NCBI GenBank assembly: GCA_030679895.1 | Contig: JAUXSN010000047.1 | Location: 1,328 to 65,327, forward strand | Reading direction: 5' to 3' | DNA length: 64,000 bases | Source: Candidatus Moraniibacteriota bacterium | Lineage (GTDB): Bacteria > Patescibacteriota > Minisyncoccia > Moranbacterales > UBA11712 | In this document: in pieces, positions 28,477 to 41,277 of the stretch | How the letters are laid out: every line of letters begins with the position of its first letter | How positions within the stretch are numbered: position 1 is the first letter of the stretch | Program-made: the position numbers and the translations under genes | The notes under the pieces: model-generated | Told to the model about the DNA's origin: nothing | Seen by the model: the letters and a program-made list of their open reading frames with translations, nothing else | Database searches by the model: none

Positions 28477-30111
28477 TCAGTGCCCGAAGAAGCCTCGGGC
28501 GAGTTTGTCGGGGATTTGAATGAGAGTCGCACTTTTATCCGCGCAAAGTTTTTGGATTTCGCCATCATTGACGGAACCGGAAGTGGCAAAAATAGCCTTA
28601 ATTCCCGCATCGATCAGGACTTCAGGAGCGTCGGAAAAGGGGAAAAAGCTGTCGCTCGCCGCTACCGCGCCTTCTGATTCATGGCCGGCGTCTTTGGCGC
28701 GCTTGATGGCGAGCTCGCAGCAACCCACCCTGTCCTGCTGGCCAACCCCGTTTCCGATAAGTTTTCCGTCTCTGACTAAAGTTATCGTATTTGAATTTGA
28801 AGTCGCTGAAATCGCCCAGGCCAGGAGTATTTCAGATTTATTTTTTTCATCTATCTCGCCCTGAATTCTAATTTCCGGATGGTTGTAGTCTAAAACAAAA
28901 GTATAATTCGGCTGAGTTAGAAACCCTCCACGGACATAACGGAGTCTCTTCGTAGTATCGAAATTATTTTTATTCAAATTTTCCAGCGCCGGATTAACAA
29001 TAAAACGGCATTTATCTTTTTTGCGCCTCGAAAGCTCCAGCGCTTTTTCTGAAAATCCGGCTGTCACGATTCCGTCCAATAATCTTCTTTTTCCATTTTC
29101 CATTAAATGCGTAAGTAGTATTTCCGCTTCAGCCTCGTCAAAGTCAAAATTAAACATCGAGAGCCCCCCGAAAATGGCCCGCGGATCGCCTTCGACGACT
29201 TTTTTGATGACTTCAATTTTATCGTCGCCGTAGCTCGCCCCGCAACAATTGCCGTGCTTTACCGCCACCCCATAATATTTCGCGGAAACACTATTTATTT
29301 CGAACACCGCCGCAATATGCGTCAAAGTCTGAAGCATGCGGTCAATGTCGCAGATATTATTATAACTCGGCGCCATTTCAGTGAGAACTTTGAATTTATC
29401 AAGAGCCAGCGAATCACTCCCTCTCCTTGACAAGGAGAGGGTTGGAGTGAGGTTTGAATATAGTTTTCCCGGCGTTTGATAAGCGTTTTCGCCATACAAA
29501 GTTTCAGCAACCTGCTCACCAACTGCTCCGTTATACTTTTCTTTTGAATGAAATTTTGCCGACTCCAGGCAATATTTGGAAATAACGTATTCCGCTTTCG
29601 CCGCCAGCTCAATCCTTTCTTCCTTTGAAATATCGCCATTATTTTTCAGCTTCTTAACCACTTTTTCCCTGTCGCTCGGATCACAGATAACAATCCTTCC
29701 GCCTTTGGCCGCGGATCGGATCATAGCCGGTCCTCCGATATCTGTCGCTTCAATTACTGTTTCATAACTCGCATCCGATTTTGCAATCGCGTCTTCCAGC
29801 GGATACAGATCAACACAAACCAGATCAATAAACGGTATTTTTAGTTTTGCGAGCTCTTCCAAATCTTCCACAACTTCCGGCCTTGCCATGAGCCCGGCGT
29901 GAATTTCCCGCGAAAGCGTCACCACCCGATGGCCAAGAATAGCCTTTCCTCCCGCAATCTCCGAAACATCTTTAGCTTTTATTCCGTGCTCCGCCAAATA
30001 TTTCGCCGTCCCGCCCGAAGAAATAATCTCCCAGCCCAAATCAACCAAATTCTTGGCAAACTTTTCGATGTCTTGCTTATTGTAGACTGAAATTAATGCG
30101 GTTTTTTTCAT
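28477..30111 (-). CDS. purH: Bifunctional AICAR transformylase/IMP cyclohydrolase PurH (divergent)
   Basis: ALISVYNK, SSGGTA, DIGGPAMIRSAAK, YGENAYQ, KHGNCCG, GQQDRV and ASDSFFPF motifs. Confidence 0.9.
   Translation of the reverse strand: MKKTALISVYNKQDIEKFAKNLVDLGWEIISSGGTAKYLAEHGIKAKDVSEIAGGKAILGHRVVTLSREIHAGLMARPEVVEDLEELAKLKIPFIDLVCVDLYPLEDAIAKSDASYETVIEATDIGGPAMIRSAAKGGRIVICDPSDREKVVKKLKNNGDISKEERIELAAKAEYVISKYCLESAKFHSKEKYNGAVGEQVAETLYGENAYQTPGKLYSNLTPTLSLSRRGSDSLALDKFKVLTEMAPSYNNICDIDRMLQTLTHIAAVFEINSVSAKYYGVAVKHGNCCGASYGDDKIEVIKKVVEGDPRAIFGGLSMFNFDFDEAEAEILLTHLMENGKRRLLDGIVTAGFSEKALELSRRKKDKCRFIVNPALENLNKNNFDTTKRLRYVRGGFLTQPNYTFVLDYNHPEIRIQGEIDEKNKSEILLAWAISATSNSNTITLVRDGKLIGNGVGQQDRVGCCELAIKRAKDAGHESEGAVAASDSFFPFSDAPEVLIDAGIKAIFATSGSVNDGEIQKLCADKSATLIQIPDKLARGFFGH
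29419..29454 (+). repeat. 36-bp hairpin-plus-tail element inside purH (antisense to the gene)
   Basis: CCCTCTCCTT-GAC-AAGGAGAGGG-TTGGAGTGAGGTT. Confidence 0.85.
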
Positions 30112-30165
30112 AAGGCTTATTTTATCATTATTTAAAGCATATTATTAATATACTAAACTTGGAGA

Positions 30166-30198
30166 CAAAAAAACAGGGGCCGCGCGAACGACCCCTGT
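30166..30198 (-). terminator. Intrinsic terminator downstream of groL
   Basis: Minus strand ACAGGGGTCG...CGGCCCCTGT followed by T-run. Confidence 0.65.
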
Positions 30199-30282
30199 CA
30201 AACACAAAAATCCTATTTAATCACTTGCATTCCCATTCCTCCCCCGCCCGACGCTAAAGCTTTGGCGGGCGAGCATACCGAT

Positions 30283-32055
<1,773 letters not shown>

Positions 32056-32082
32056 TTAGCACTCTCACGATGCGACTGCTAA
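32056..32082. promoter_or_regulatory. CIRCE operator (HrcA site) upstream of groL
   Basis: TTAGCACTC-N9-GACTGCTAA, one mismatch to consensus; TTGACA-N17-AATAAT promoter at 32088-32116 on the minus strand. Confidence 0.88.
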
Positions 32083-32127
32083 TCGCAATTATTATAGAAA
32101 ATATTTTTTCTGTCAACCTCTGATGAG

Positions 32128-33123
32128 TTAACCAAACGACTCATCATATGCAACCCCGGGCGGAAATATTTCTTTTGATTTCTTTTTATATTCTTCGTAT
32201 ATTTTCACCCCCTGCGGCTCCGGCAAAAAAATTAGATTATCGTCCGTTGCTTCGATATATGCGCCCTCCTTTTTGGTTAACGGATTGCGCGAAATTCTTA
32301 TGATTTGCTTTTGCTTTAGCCAGGCTTCCATTATATCGCCTCCCAGAAAATTTATCAAGGTCTCTTTGGTTTTTTGAATAAGCCGGCTTATCTTGCTATG
32401 TTCCGTATAATATTTGGCTGGCTTCAGTTGCGGCATTTCCCAATTCGGCTTGAATTTATTGATCCAGCCGGCATTTGTCCCGCAGAATTTTTGAAAAACA
32501 TTAAATCCAAAAATGGGATATACAAAGCTATATTCGTTCGCCCCAAATAAGTCTTGGCGCTGGATTTCAAGGCTCCCGGTCGTGATAAAGTAGTTTAGGC
32601 AGATCCGATTTTTTATTCTCTTTCCATATCGCCGCTTGCTAAGCAGATGCACAACTAACGTAACCAGTAGCCGCCCGGTAAATATTCTTCCTTTTTCTAG
32701 TGCCACAAAAAAATCAATGTCGCTGCTTTGTTCCGGGTTCTTCATCGCGAGAGTTCCTGTCACCGCGACCATCCGGACGAACGGGACAAAGCGCAACCAC
32801 CAAGCCACTCGCTCCGCAATTTTGAACTTCATGATGGAATTCTTGTCGTTTTGGATTCTCTTTCCGACTAAACTCTTCCGCCCTTTCAAAAAGTAAAAGC
32901 CGCGAAATTCTTCGATGTGCTTTCTTAATTCTTTATTCTCTAGCGTTTCGATAATATTCCCAAGCGTGCAATGGAAGCTTAGCTTCCCCCGTGGAAGCTT
33001 AGCTTCCACGATCAAATATTTCCAAAGTTCGAAAGAAGTTAAGGGATGATTGAGGATGTCGCAGTAGGTAATCGTATGAAGTATATTTTTAGAAAGCTGA
33101 GATTGCACAAACGTTAAGATCAA
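32128..33123 (-). CDS. Nucleotidyltransferase-domain protein (Pol-beta superfamily-like)
   Basis: VAVTGTLAM...SDIDFFV motif; exact start uncertain. Confidence 0.75.
   Translation of the reverse strand: MILTFVQSQLSKNILHTITYCDILNHPLTSFELWKYLIVEAKLPRGKLSFHCTLGNIIETLENKELRKHIEEFRGFYFLKGRKSLVGKRIQNDKNSIMKFKIAERVAWWLRFVPFVRMVAVTGTLAMKNPEQSSDIDFFVALEKGRIFTGRLLVTLVVHLLSKRRYGKRIKNRICLNYFITTGSLEIQRQDLFGANEYSFVYPIFGFNVFQKFCGTNAGWINKFKPNWEMPQLKPAKYYTEHSKISRLIQKTKETLINFLGGDIMEAWLKQKQIIRISRNPLTKKEGAYIEATDDNLIFLPEPQGVKIYEEYKKKSKEIFPPGVAYDESFG
32972..33008. repeat. 37-bp double palindrome in-frame in the nucleotidyltransferase gene
   Basis: TGGAAGCTTAGCTTCCC-CCG-TGGAAGCTTAGCTTCCA. Confidence 0.85.
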
Positions 33124-33210
33124 AACTTAAAGCGCAAAGCGGAAAATCACAGCGTAAAGCTCGAAGTTTTTTTATTTTTGCGTTTTTGTTTTGCGCTTTT
33201 AGCTTTGCGC

Positions 33211-36033
33211 TTAGCGCATATAGCGCGCTGTCCACGTCTTCGCTCTCGCCAATTCCTTCGGCGTTCCCTCAAAAACGATCTCCCCGCCTTCATCTCCTCC
33301 CTCCGGACCAAGTTCGATTGCCCAATCCGACGCCTTGATCACATCCGGATTATGCTCGACCACCAGAACGGTGTTTCCTTTTTCCACCAGCTCGTCCAGA
33401 ATTTTGAGAAGTTTCGCCACGTCGTCAAAATGGAGCCCCACGGTCGGCTCGTCGAGAATATAGAGCGCTTTTCCGTCCGTGCGCCGCGCCAGTTCCGTCG
33501 CCAGCTTCACTCTTTGCGCTTCCCCGCCGGAAAGATTCATGGCTGATTGGCCCAGTTTCAAATATCCAAGGCCGACTTCATTGAGCTTTTTTAATTTTTC
33601 AGCCACCAACGGATAATTTGAGAAAAATGTGAGGGCGTAACTGACACTCATATCCAGCACCTCCGCGATATTGACTCCCCTGTATTCAATATCGAGAGTT
33701 TTCTGGTTATATCTTGTTCCCCGGCAGGCTTCGCAAGGAGTATAAATATCCGGCAGCAGATGCATCTCAATCTTTTTCTGGCCTTCCCCCTGGCAAATCT
33801 CGCAGCGTCCGCCCTTCATATTGAAACTGAACCGGGAAGGGGCATAACCGCGGTTTTTCGCTTCCGGCATTTCGGAAAATATGTCCCGAATATGCGAAAA
33901 TATTCCCGTATAGGTCGCCGCATTGGAACGCGGCGTGCGTCCGATAGGCGACTGGTCGATACTGATGACTTTTGAAATATTTTCCACGCCCCTTATCCTC
34001 TTATGCTTTCCCGGCAAGTCTTTGCTCCGATAAAAATGCCGGCTCAAAGCTTTGGCCAGAATATCCTGCATAAGGGAACTCTTTCCGGAACCGGAAACTC
34101 CGGCCATCACCACCAGTTTCCCGAGTGGAATTGAGACATTGATATTTTTGAGGTTGTTTTCCTCCGCTCCTTCAATCGTCATTTTTTTTCCGTTTCCAAT
34201 GCGATATTTTTTCTTCCTGAAAACTTTTCTCTTTCCCTTGAGATATTCTCCGGTTGAGGTCTTGGAGGAAAATATTTTTTTGTATGTTCCCGAGAAAATA
34301 ATCTCCCCGCCTTCTTCTCCGGCTCCCGGACCCATATCGATTATCCAGTCCGCCGACCGCATTATTCGGGGATCATGCTCAACCACAATAACGCTGTTTC
34401 CTTCTTTTTTGAGTTTTTGCAAAACTTCGATCAGCCTTTCCGTGTCTCTTTCATGAAGACCGACGGATGGCTCGTCCAGCACGTAAAGAATTCCCGTGAG
34501 TCCGGATCCCACTTGCGTGGCAAGGCGCACCCGTTGCGCTTCCCCGCCGGAAAGAGAATTGGCGTTTCGGGATAGCTTGAGATACCCCAAACCGGCTTCG
34601 CAAAGGTTCTCGATCGTATTTTCCACTTCCCTGAAAATTTCTCTTACTATATTTTTCTCGTTTTCGGAAATATCGGTTTCTTTTTCTATGGCCAGAAATT
34701 TATTTTTCAGGTGGTCGAGGCTGATATTGGACAGATCATCGATTGACATTCCGTTTATCAATACTGCCAGGGCTTCCTCGCGCAGTCTTTTTCCGCCGCA
34801 TTTGGGACAAGTTTTGATTATCATATACTTTTCGATTTCGCTTCGGATATATTCCGTGCCGGCTTCTTTGTATTTTCGCTCTAGCATCGGAACCACCCCT
34901 TCAAAACCAATCGCGCCGCCAGCCCCTCCTCTTTCTTCCCCCGATTTTTCTCCAAAAATGATTACTTCCAGCGCTTCAGGTTTTATTTTTTTCAGCGGCT
35001 GATTCAGGGAAAATCCGTATCTAGAAGATAATTTCTCCAAATTTTTGAGGTGCCCATTTTGGCCCAGATTGCGCGTACCCATATTTTTCCAGGGACGGAT
35101 CGCTCCTTCGTTCAGGCTCAAATTCCGGTTGGGAATGACCTGGTCTATATCGACATCAAGCTTTGTTCCGAGTCCCGAGCAGGCTGGGCATGATCCTTCA
35201 GGATTATTGAAGGAAAAAAGGCGGGGAGTTATTTCTTCAAGGATAAAATTGCAATCCGGACAGATCAGATATCGGTTATATTTTCTGTCTTCCATTTCGT
35301 CTTCGAAACGGATAATGACTTCTCCCCGGCCCAGCTTCATAGCCGTTTCTATTGAGTCTATCAGCCTTTCCCGATCCTGGAATTTATTGTTTATTGTTAT
35401 CCGGTCAATCACCAGCTCCGCCGTTTTAGCGGCGTTCAAAAGATCATCCTGCCGCATCGCATCCCTTATGGCCATTATCTTGCCGTCCAGCCTCGCTCTG
35501 GCATATCCCAGCTGATTGAATTCAGTTAGCATTTCCCGGACATTTTTTCCGGATCCGGAAGGCTCCGACAGGATTGCGATTTGCGCGTTCCTATTTTTCG
35601 CTTCCGCGATGATCTCGTCCGCCACTTCGTTTGATTGTTTTTCATTCAGTTCTTTTTGGCATTTCGGGCAATGCGGTTTTCCGATTTTCGCGTACAGAAT
35701 CCGGAGATAATCATAGACCTCCGTCATGGTGCCGACAGTTGAGCGCGGACTGCGATTCACATTGGTCTGGTTGATCGCGATGACGGGAGAAAGATTTTCA
35801 ATTTTGTCCACTTCCGGCTTTCTGGCTACATTCAAGAACTGCCGGGCATAGGCCGATAAATTTTCCACGTAGCGCCTGTGTCCCTCGGCAAAAATCGTGT
35901 CGAAAGCCAGCGACGATTTCCCCGATCCCGAAAGTCCGGTGATGACCACCAGCTTGTCGCGGGGAATTTTGACATCAACGTTTTTCAGATTATTCGCCCG
36001 CGCGCCTTTCACTATAAGATGCGATTTGTCCAT
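33211..36033 (-). CDS. uvrA: Excinuclease ABC subunit A
   Basis: Two ABC domains ([26 protein letters not shown] twice) and zinc fingers. Confidence 0.97.
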   Translation of the reverse strand: MDKSHLIVKGARANNLKNVDVKIPRDKLVVITGLSGSGKSSLAFDTIFAEGHRRYVENLSAYARQFLNVARKPEVDKIENLSPVIAINQTNVNRSPRSTVGTMTEVYDYLRILYAKIGKPHCPKCQKELNEKQSNEVADEIIAEAKNRNAQIAILSEPSGSGKNVREMLTEFNQLGYARARLDGKIMAIRDAMRQDDLLNAAKTAELVIDRITINNKFQDRERLIDSIETAMKLGRGEVIIRFEDEMEDRKYNRYLICPDCNFILEEITPRLFSFNNPEGSCPACSGLGTKLDVDIDQVIPNRNLSLNEGAIRPWKNMGTRNLGQNGHLKNLEKLSSRYGFSLNQPLKKIKPEALEVIIFGEKSGEERGGAGGAIGFEGVVPMLERKYKEAGTEYIRSEIEKYMIIKTCPKCGGKRLREEALAVLINGMSIDDLSNISLDHLKNKFLAIEKETDISENEKNIVREIFREVENTIENLCEAGLGYLKLSRNANSLSGGEAQRVRLATQVGSGLTGILYVLDEPSVGLHERDTERLIEVLQKLKKEGNSVIVVEHDPRIMRSADWIIDMGPGAGEEGGEIIFSGTYKKIFSSKTSTGEYLKGKRKVFRKKKYRIGNGKKMTIEGAEENNLKNINVSIPLGKLVVMAGVSGSGKSSLMQDILAKALSRHFYRSKDLPGKHKRIRGVENISKVISIDQSPIGRTPRSNAATYTGIFSHIRDIFSEMPEAKNRGYAPSRFSFNMKGGRCEICQGEGQKKIEMHLLPDIYTPCEACRGTRYNQKTLDIEYRGVNIAEVLDMSVSYALTFFSNYPLVAEKLKKLNEVGLGYLKLGQSAMNLSGGEAQRVKLATELARRTDGKALYILDEPTVGLHFDDVAKLLKILDELVEKGNTVLVVEHNPDVIKASDWAIELGPEGGDEGGEIVFEGTPKELARAKTWTARYMR

Positions 36034-36133
36034 ATTTTATCCGCCTCCCTCTTCTTAATAAGGAAAGATGAGCGAGGTTGTTGAAATGAGGTAAAAAGAA
36101 AACAGCTAATTGCTAATTGTATAGTAGAAAATA

Positions 36134-36170
36134 AAAAAAGTAAAGCCCCGCAATAAGACGGGGCTTTACT
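36134..36170 (-). terminator. Intrinsic terminator after rnj
   Basis: AGTAAAGCCCCG-CAATAAGA-CGGGGCTTTACT with T-run on the minus strand. Confidence 0.8.
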
Positions 36171-36192
36171 CGATAAATTTATGTTATATGTC

Positions 36193-37974
36193 TTACACCT
36201 CAATCACCACCGGCAGGACCATCGGGCGGCGTTCGGTTTTTTGGAAGAGAAATTTTCCGACCACTTCCCGGATGTTGTCTTCGATGAATTTTCTTTCAGC
36301 TGAAGTGTTCCTGGAGGTCGTTTCTTTGATGGCTTTTTGCACCCGGCGCTTGGTTTCGTTCACCAGATCAAAATTGTCTTTGACATAAATGAAACCGCGA
36401 GAGGTAATCTGAATATTTCCCACCACTTCTTTGGTCTTGCTGTCAAGAAGAACTGTGATCACAAACATTCCGTCCGCCGAAAGAACTTGGCGGTCGCGCA
36501 GCACCACTTGCCCGATGTCCCCGACTCCCAGCCCGTCCACCATCACATAGCTGGTGTCCACTTTCTTGGGAAGGATTTTAGCCTTGCCTTTTTGCACTTC
36601 AAGGATGTTCCCGTTATCCAGGACAAAAATATTATTTTTAAGAAATCCGATCCTCACCGCCAGCTTCTCCGCTTCTTTCAGCATATAGTGGTTGGCGTAC
36701 ACCGGCAGAAAAAAATGGGGCCTGACCTGGCGCAGCATTTCTTGGATATCCTGGGCGCTGCAATGACCGCTGGTATGCACATCCATAATGTCGCTATGGA
36801 TAACATTGTCGCATTTCCGGTACAGATTGTCTTTGAGGCGCTGAATAGTTCTTTCATTTCCCGGGATAACGGAAGAAGAAAAGATTACCGTATCGTTCTT
36901 TTTGATCCTAATGTGTTTATGGTTGTCGGTGATGATGCGCGAGAGTACGGCATTGACTTCCCCTTGCGCGCCCGTGCAGACAATTATGATCCGATTTTCC
37001 GGATATTTCTGAATTTCAGAAACGGAAATAAAAGTTTCCTTGTGCATTTTGATATAGCCCAGCTCTTTGGCGATTTCCACGTTCATTTTCATGCTATAAC
37101 CGTCCAGAGCCACTTTTTTGCCGATTTTTTCGGCGTATTCCAGGATATAGCCGATTCTTCTTATCTGCGAAGAAAAAGTGCCGATGATAATTTTTCCCGC
37201 GGCTTCACTTATCAATTTTTCCAGATTGCGATACATTTCTTCCTCGGTAGTACGGCTGGGATTGGTCACTATGGCGCCCAAACTTTCCAGCATCAAAATC
37301 CGCGGACCGGGAAGCTTTGAAAGATGATTATACGTGACCAGCTTTCCGCTGGCAGGATTTTTTTCCATTGTCCAGTCTCCGGGATGAATGACCGTCCCGT
37401 CAGGAGTTTTTATGATCACTCCGACGGCATCCATAATGGAGTGCTCCACTTCAAAAAATTCAACTCCGAACTTGCCGAGGCGAATTTTGTCGGAAGCGGA
37501 TTTGACCCGCATAGTTTTGAGATGTTGCGCCGAGCCTTTTTGAAAATCTTCCATTTTTTTCTTGACCATGGCGATAGTCATATCTCGTCCGATTACCGGC
37601 GGATAGCCTAAATTGCGAAGGAGTATCGGCGCCGCGCCGATATGGTCCAGATGCCCGTGACTCAAAATCACCCCTCGGATTCTCTTCTCCTTGCCCTTAA
37701 GGTAGTTGATGTTGGGAATGATATAGTCGATTCCCGGCATATCCTCTTCAGGAAATTGCAGTCCCATATCCAAAATTATTATGTCGCCGCCATATTCAAA
37801 CAGCGTCATATTGCGTCCGACTTCTTCGTTCCCTCCCAGAGGAATGACGCGCAAACCGCTTTTTGAATCGCTTTGGGGCGTCGGAATTTTATTCGATTGT
37901 TCTCTTTTTTTGGCGTTTCGCGCCAAAGGTCTTTGCCGCCTCGAACGAGACAGCGCGTTTGTTTTGTTAAACAT
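36193..37974 (-). CDS. rnj: Ribonuclease J
   Basis: PLGGNEEVGRNM, SHGHLDHIG, CTGAQGE, HTSGH and RRPMVLPVVIEV motifs. Confidence 0.95.
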   Translation of the reverse strand: MFNKTNALSRSRRQRPLARNAKKREQSNKIPTPQSDSKSGLRVIPLGGNEEVGRNMTLFEYGGDIIILDMGLQFPEEDMPGIDYIIPNINYLKGKEKRIRGVILSHGHLDHIGAAPILLRNLGYPPVIGRDMTIAMVKKKMEDFQKGSAQHLKTMRVKSASDKIRLGKFGVEFFEVEHSIMDAVGVIIKTPDGTVIHPGDWTMEKNPASGKLVTYNHLSKLPGPRILMLESLGAIVTNPSRTTEEEMYRNLEKLISEAAGKIIIGTFSSQIRRIGYILEYAEKIGKKVALDGYSMKMNVEIAKELGYIKMHKETFISVSEIQKYPENRIIIVCTGAQGEVNAVLSRIITDNHKHIRIKKNDTVIFSSSVIPGNERTIQRLKDNLYRKCDNVIHSDIMDVHTSGHCSAQDIQEMLRQVRPHFFLPVYANHYMLKEAEKLAVRIGFLKNNIFVLDNGNILEVQKGKAKILPKKVDTSYVMVDGLGVGDIGQVVLRDRQVLSADGMFVITVLLDSKTKEVVGNIQITSRGFIYVKDNFDLVNETKRRVQKAIKETTSRNTSAERKFIEDNIREVVGKFLFQKTERRPMVLPVVIEV

Positions 37975-38001
37975 AGTTTTTTAGAAGATTTATTAAATTA
38001 G

Positions 38002-38085
38002 TGCCTTGGGGGAGACTCGAACTCCCAATCCCTTGCGAGAACATGGTCCTGAACCATGCGCGTATACCAATTCCGCCACCAAGGC
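38002..38085 (-). tRNA. tRNA-Leu(CAG)
   Basis: GCCTTGGTGGCGGAATTGGTATACGC, CATGG-TTCAGGA-CCATG, long variable arm. Confidence 0.95.
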
Positions 38086-38234
38086 AGGCTTTAGGCTAGA
38101 TCACTCACCCAAAAGAAACCAAACACCCTAAAAAGGGCTTAAAATAAGGAAACTTGAAATATTTACCAATTTTTTTGGCTTTTTGTGTTATTTAAAGAAG
38201 TAGCTTATTAAGAATGTAGTATAGTACTATTGCC

Positions 38235-39260
38235 TTATTTTGTCAAGAGATCCTTCAATTTCTCTACCATTTCTACAGGAGTAGGATCGACGCCATATTC
38301 CAGCGCCAAGTAGTACGAAGCCCAGCATCCGATCTGCAGCGTTCCGAAAATTCGGAAAAGTATGTCGCCTTCAGGCATATCAATAACAGTAGTCTCAATT
38401 CCATAATCTTTCAAAATGTTCGAAGTAACTTCGATTCTTTTCAGATTTCTGGGATGATCAAAGCTATCCCTTATAACCAGAAGGTGGAATTTTCCTTGAG
38501 GATTTGTATAGCCAATCATCTCGTTATGGTTCAGCTCTGGAAAATAATTCCAGAACGCGGGCGTCTTTGAATTTTCATTGAACATTATCTTCCAAATCAT
38601 CGCGAGCGATTTATATTTTGTGGAAGCGTAAACGACGGGAGTTTTTTCTCTTATAATTTTGGCAATTTCTTTGCCTTGAGTTCTAAACTTATCAAGATTT
38701 TCTCTAAGCTCAGATGAATATTTATCGAAATCTTCTTTTTTGTCCTCAACCAGGCCGCAATTCGTGAGAATTCCGTAAAGCACTGCGAAATTATACGGGC
38801 TCGCGATGCGAGGCTGGATTCCTTTTGGTAAAATCGCACAGGGGATCTTATTCTTATCGCACATTTCAAGAACTTTTCCGCCGGAAGCTATCGCGACGCA
38901 GGGCAAACCATTTTTTATCACTTCCTGAAATGAAGATACTGTTTCTTCCGTGGTGCCCGAATAAGATGATATGATGTTTAAAGAATCTTTATGGGCTTCC
39001 GGGGGAAGGCTGTAAAATCTGTTTTGGTATACCGCGAATCTTTGATTTGCACCGGGATTGCTGTGGAATAAATCATTAATATAAATTCTCAAAATGTTTG
39101 CTGGCCAAGCAGACCCGCCCATTCCTGAAACAGTAATTGACTGGAATCTTCCGTCAGCTTTCACGCCCTTGGATATCTCGAGTCCTTCGACTAATTGATC
39201 CGGCCAGTTTTCAATGTCCGAGTATAGATTTTCTTTGTCGATTTTATTTTGCATCTGCAT
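38235..39260 (-). CDS. Bifunctional phosphoglucose/phosphomannose isomerase (SIS)
   Basis: GMGGSA, SYSGTTEET, QPR, ENSK, PELNHNE and GVDPTPV motifs. Confidence 0.92.
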   Translation of the reverse strand: MQMQNKIDKENLYSDIENWPDQLVEGLEISKGVKADGRFQSITVSGMGGSAWPANILRIYINDLFHSNPGANQRFAVYQNRFYSLPPEAHKDSLNIISSYSGTTEETVSSFQEVIKNGLPCVAIASGGKVLEMCDKNKIPCAILPKGIQPRIASPYNFAVLYGILTNCGLVEDKKEDFDKYSSELRENLDKFRTQGKEIAKIIREKTPVVYASTKYKSLAMIWKIMFNENSKTPAFWNYFPELNHNEMIGYTNPQGKFHLLVIRDSFDHPRNLKRIEVTSNILKDYGIETTVIDMPEGDILFRIFGTLQIGCWASYYLALEYGVDPTPVEMVEKLKDLLTK

Positions 39261-39273
39261 TTTAATTTAGTAT

Positions 39274-40947
39274 TTATTTCTTCACTCTTTTTGTCTTCAC
39301 ATACCACTTGGCCACGCCGGAAAATCTTTTATCCGGAGTCGTCATGGAATTTATGCTCACTCCCTGCACTTTTTTGCTGGTCACGTAAAGATAGTTCGGG
39401 CTGTAGAGAAAAGTCGCCGGCACGTCATCCGCTATGGTTTGCTGGAATTTTTTATAATAATCCAGGCGGCCGGCCGGATCCATTTCCTGCCTTGTTTTCT
39501 CCAAAATCTTGTCGACGTCGGGATTGCTATAAAGCGCCAGATTCATTCCCGGGTCGCGCGTCTGGGACGAATGCCAGAAAGCAAACGGATCAGGATCGAT
39601 TCCGAGCATCTGGCCGAAAAGCAAAGCTTCGTATTCGCGCGGCCGGATAAAATTTTGCTGGATATCAGCCACCGGAAGAGCTTCGTATTCAACTTTTGCC
39701 CCGATTGCTTCCCATTCCTTCTTCAAGAGTTCCGCTGTTTGAATCAAATCCGGCCAGTCCGTTGTCGTCAGCTTGAATTCAAGTGCCTGATTATCTTTTT
39801 TCCGGAATCCGTCGTCTCCTTTCTTCCAGCCGTCGTCGTCCAAAGTTTTGTTGGCTTTTTCGATATCGAAAGAAAACTTTTTGACGTCATCCGTAAAGCC
39901 GAAAGCGCCGGGAGGTATCGGCGAATATATCTCTTTCCCTTCGCCGAAGAGAACTTCTCTTATAAGAGCCTGTCGGTCAACCGCCATTGAGAGCGCTTTT
40001 CTCACTTCGCGATTCGCGAGAACTTTGCTTTTTTGCTGATTGAAAAATGCGGCAAAATATCTGGGTATGTTGATTGAATGAATATCACTGCTGCGTTTGC
40101 TCTTGATTTCCGCTATTTTAGACGGGGAAACATAGCTCATTCCGAAAATTTGTTTGTTGTTATAAGCTTCAATTATCGAATCCTCGTCGTAATAGAATGA
40201 GAGATTGAAATTGCTGATATAGGGCTGGTCGGAATAGTAATTTTCGTTAGCCCTAAGCTCATAAGAAAGGATATTCCCCTCTCCGTCTTTTTCGAAATTA
40301 ATAAATTTATAAGGCCCTGTCCCCACCGGACGAAGATTATATTCCGCCAGCGGATAGTTTCCCGGAGCAATGGTTTCCCAGATATGTTTTGGCAGAATTC
40401 CTATGGATAAATTATTGAGAAAAAAAGCATACGGACTCTGAAGCAAAAAACGGATAGTGCTGTCATCAACCATTTCCACCCCCACTCCCTGCCAGCTTTG
40501 GCGAAGCGGACTTTTGAAGGCCGGATCCTGGATAGCTTGAACCGTGAAGAGAACATCTTCCGCCGTGAAAGGCTCGCCGTCATGCCACTTAATATCTTTT
40601 TTAAGATGCATGATGTAGGCCAGCTTGTCATCCGACACCTCGTAGCTTTCAACCAGGTCCGGAACAATTTTTCCGTCGGCGTCATATTTAAAAAGGCCGG
40701 AATAAATCAGCGCGCAAAGATCGGCGTCCGCGTCATTTCCAGCCGCCAGCACCGGATTCACATAAAGCGGCTGGCCCACAATGCCTTCCGTATAATCTCC
40801 TCCGGCAATCGGCACGGATTTTGTGTAGTGATAATAAAACGCCGCGGCCGAAACAACGAGCGAAACCGCCGCGATTAGAATAAGCCAGCCGACTATTATC
40901 CGTTCTTTATTGGAAAGATTTTGGGAAATTTTTCGCCAAGTAATCAT
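39274..40947 (-). CDS. Peptide ABC transporter substrate-binding protein (family 5)
   Basis: LIYSGLF, WHDGEPFTAEDVLFT, PVGTGPY and VRKALSMAVDR motifs. Confidence 0.92.
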   Translation of the reverse strand: MITWRKISQNLSNKERIIVGWLILIAAVSLVVSAAAFYYHYTKSVPIAGGDYTEGIVGQPLYVNPVLAAGNDADADLCALIYSGLFKYDADGKIVPDLVESYEVSDDKLAYIMHLKKDIKWHDGEPFTAEDVLFTVQAIQDPAFKSPLRQSWQGVGVEMVDDSTIRFLLQSPYAFFLNNLSIGILPKHIWETIAPGNYPLAEYNLRPVGTGPYKFINFEKDGEGNILSYELRANENYYSDQPYISNFNLSFYYDEDSIIEAYNNKQIFGMSYVSPSKIAEIKSKRSSDIHSINIPRYFAAFFNQQKSKVLANREVRKALSMAVDRQALIREVLFGEGKEIYSPIPPGAFGFTDDVKKFSFDIEKANKTLDDDGWKKGDDGFRKKDNQALEFKLTTTDWPDLIQTAELLKKEWEAIGAKVEYEALPVADIQQNFIRPREYEALLFGQMLGIDPDPFAFWHSSQTRDPGMNLALYSNPDVDKILEKTRQEMDPAGRLDYYKKFQQTIADDVPATFLYSPNYLYVTSKKVQGVSINSMTTPDKRFSGVAKWYVKTKRVKK

Positions 40948-41017
40948 CCTTCTTTTGTAATTTTGCTAAAAAGAAATTTATAAAATAAAGAGAAATTCTT
41001 CTCAACTACGCGATATT

Positions 41018-41248
41018 TCACACGCCCTTTGACGTAAGATAAATCAAAGCCGCCGCCACTCCCAAAAACAATACCCCCAGAACAACCGTGGCCGAAAAAA
41101 GGAATTTTTCAAAGCCTCTTTTTGTGTAATAGCCTCCGAAGTCTCCGCCAAAAGTGGATCCTAACCCCGCCCCCCGATTCTGGAGAAGGATAGCCGTCGC
41201 GAGAAGAACCGAAATAACTATTTGAACGATTGTCAGTATCTTTTCCAT
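41018..41248 (-). CDS. secG: Preprotein translocase subunit SecG
   Basis: ILLQNRGAGLGSTFGG...RGFEKFL, 2 TM. Confidence 0.92.
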   Translation of the reverse strand: MEKILTIVQIVISVLLATAILLQNRGAGLGSTFGGDFGGYYTKRGFEKFLFSATVVLGVLFLGVAAALIYLTSKGV

Positions 41249-41277
41249 ATTACGATAAGAAAAAAATTATCTTTTTG

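Noticed and set aside
30245-30271. GC hairpin just after groL
   Set aside because: Single short imperfect stem in this window; it cannot be distinguished from a terminator accessory or another repeat family without a genome search.
36337-37320. 327-aa plus-strand ORF
   Set aside because: Antisense shadow of rnj.
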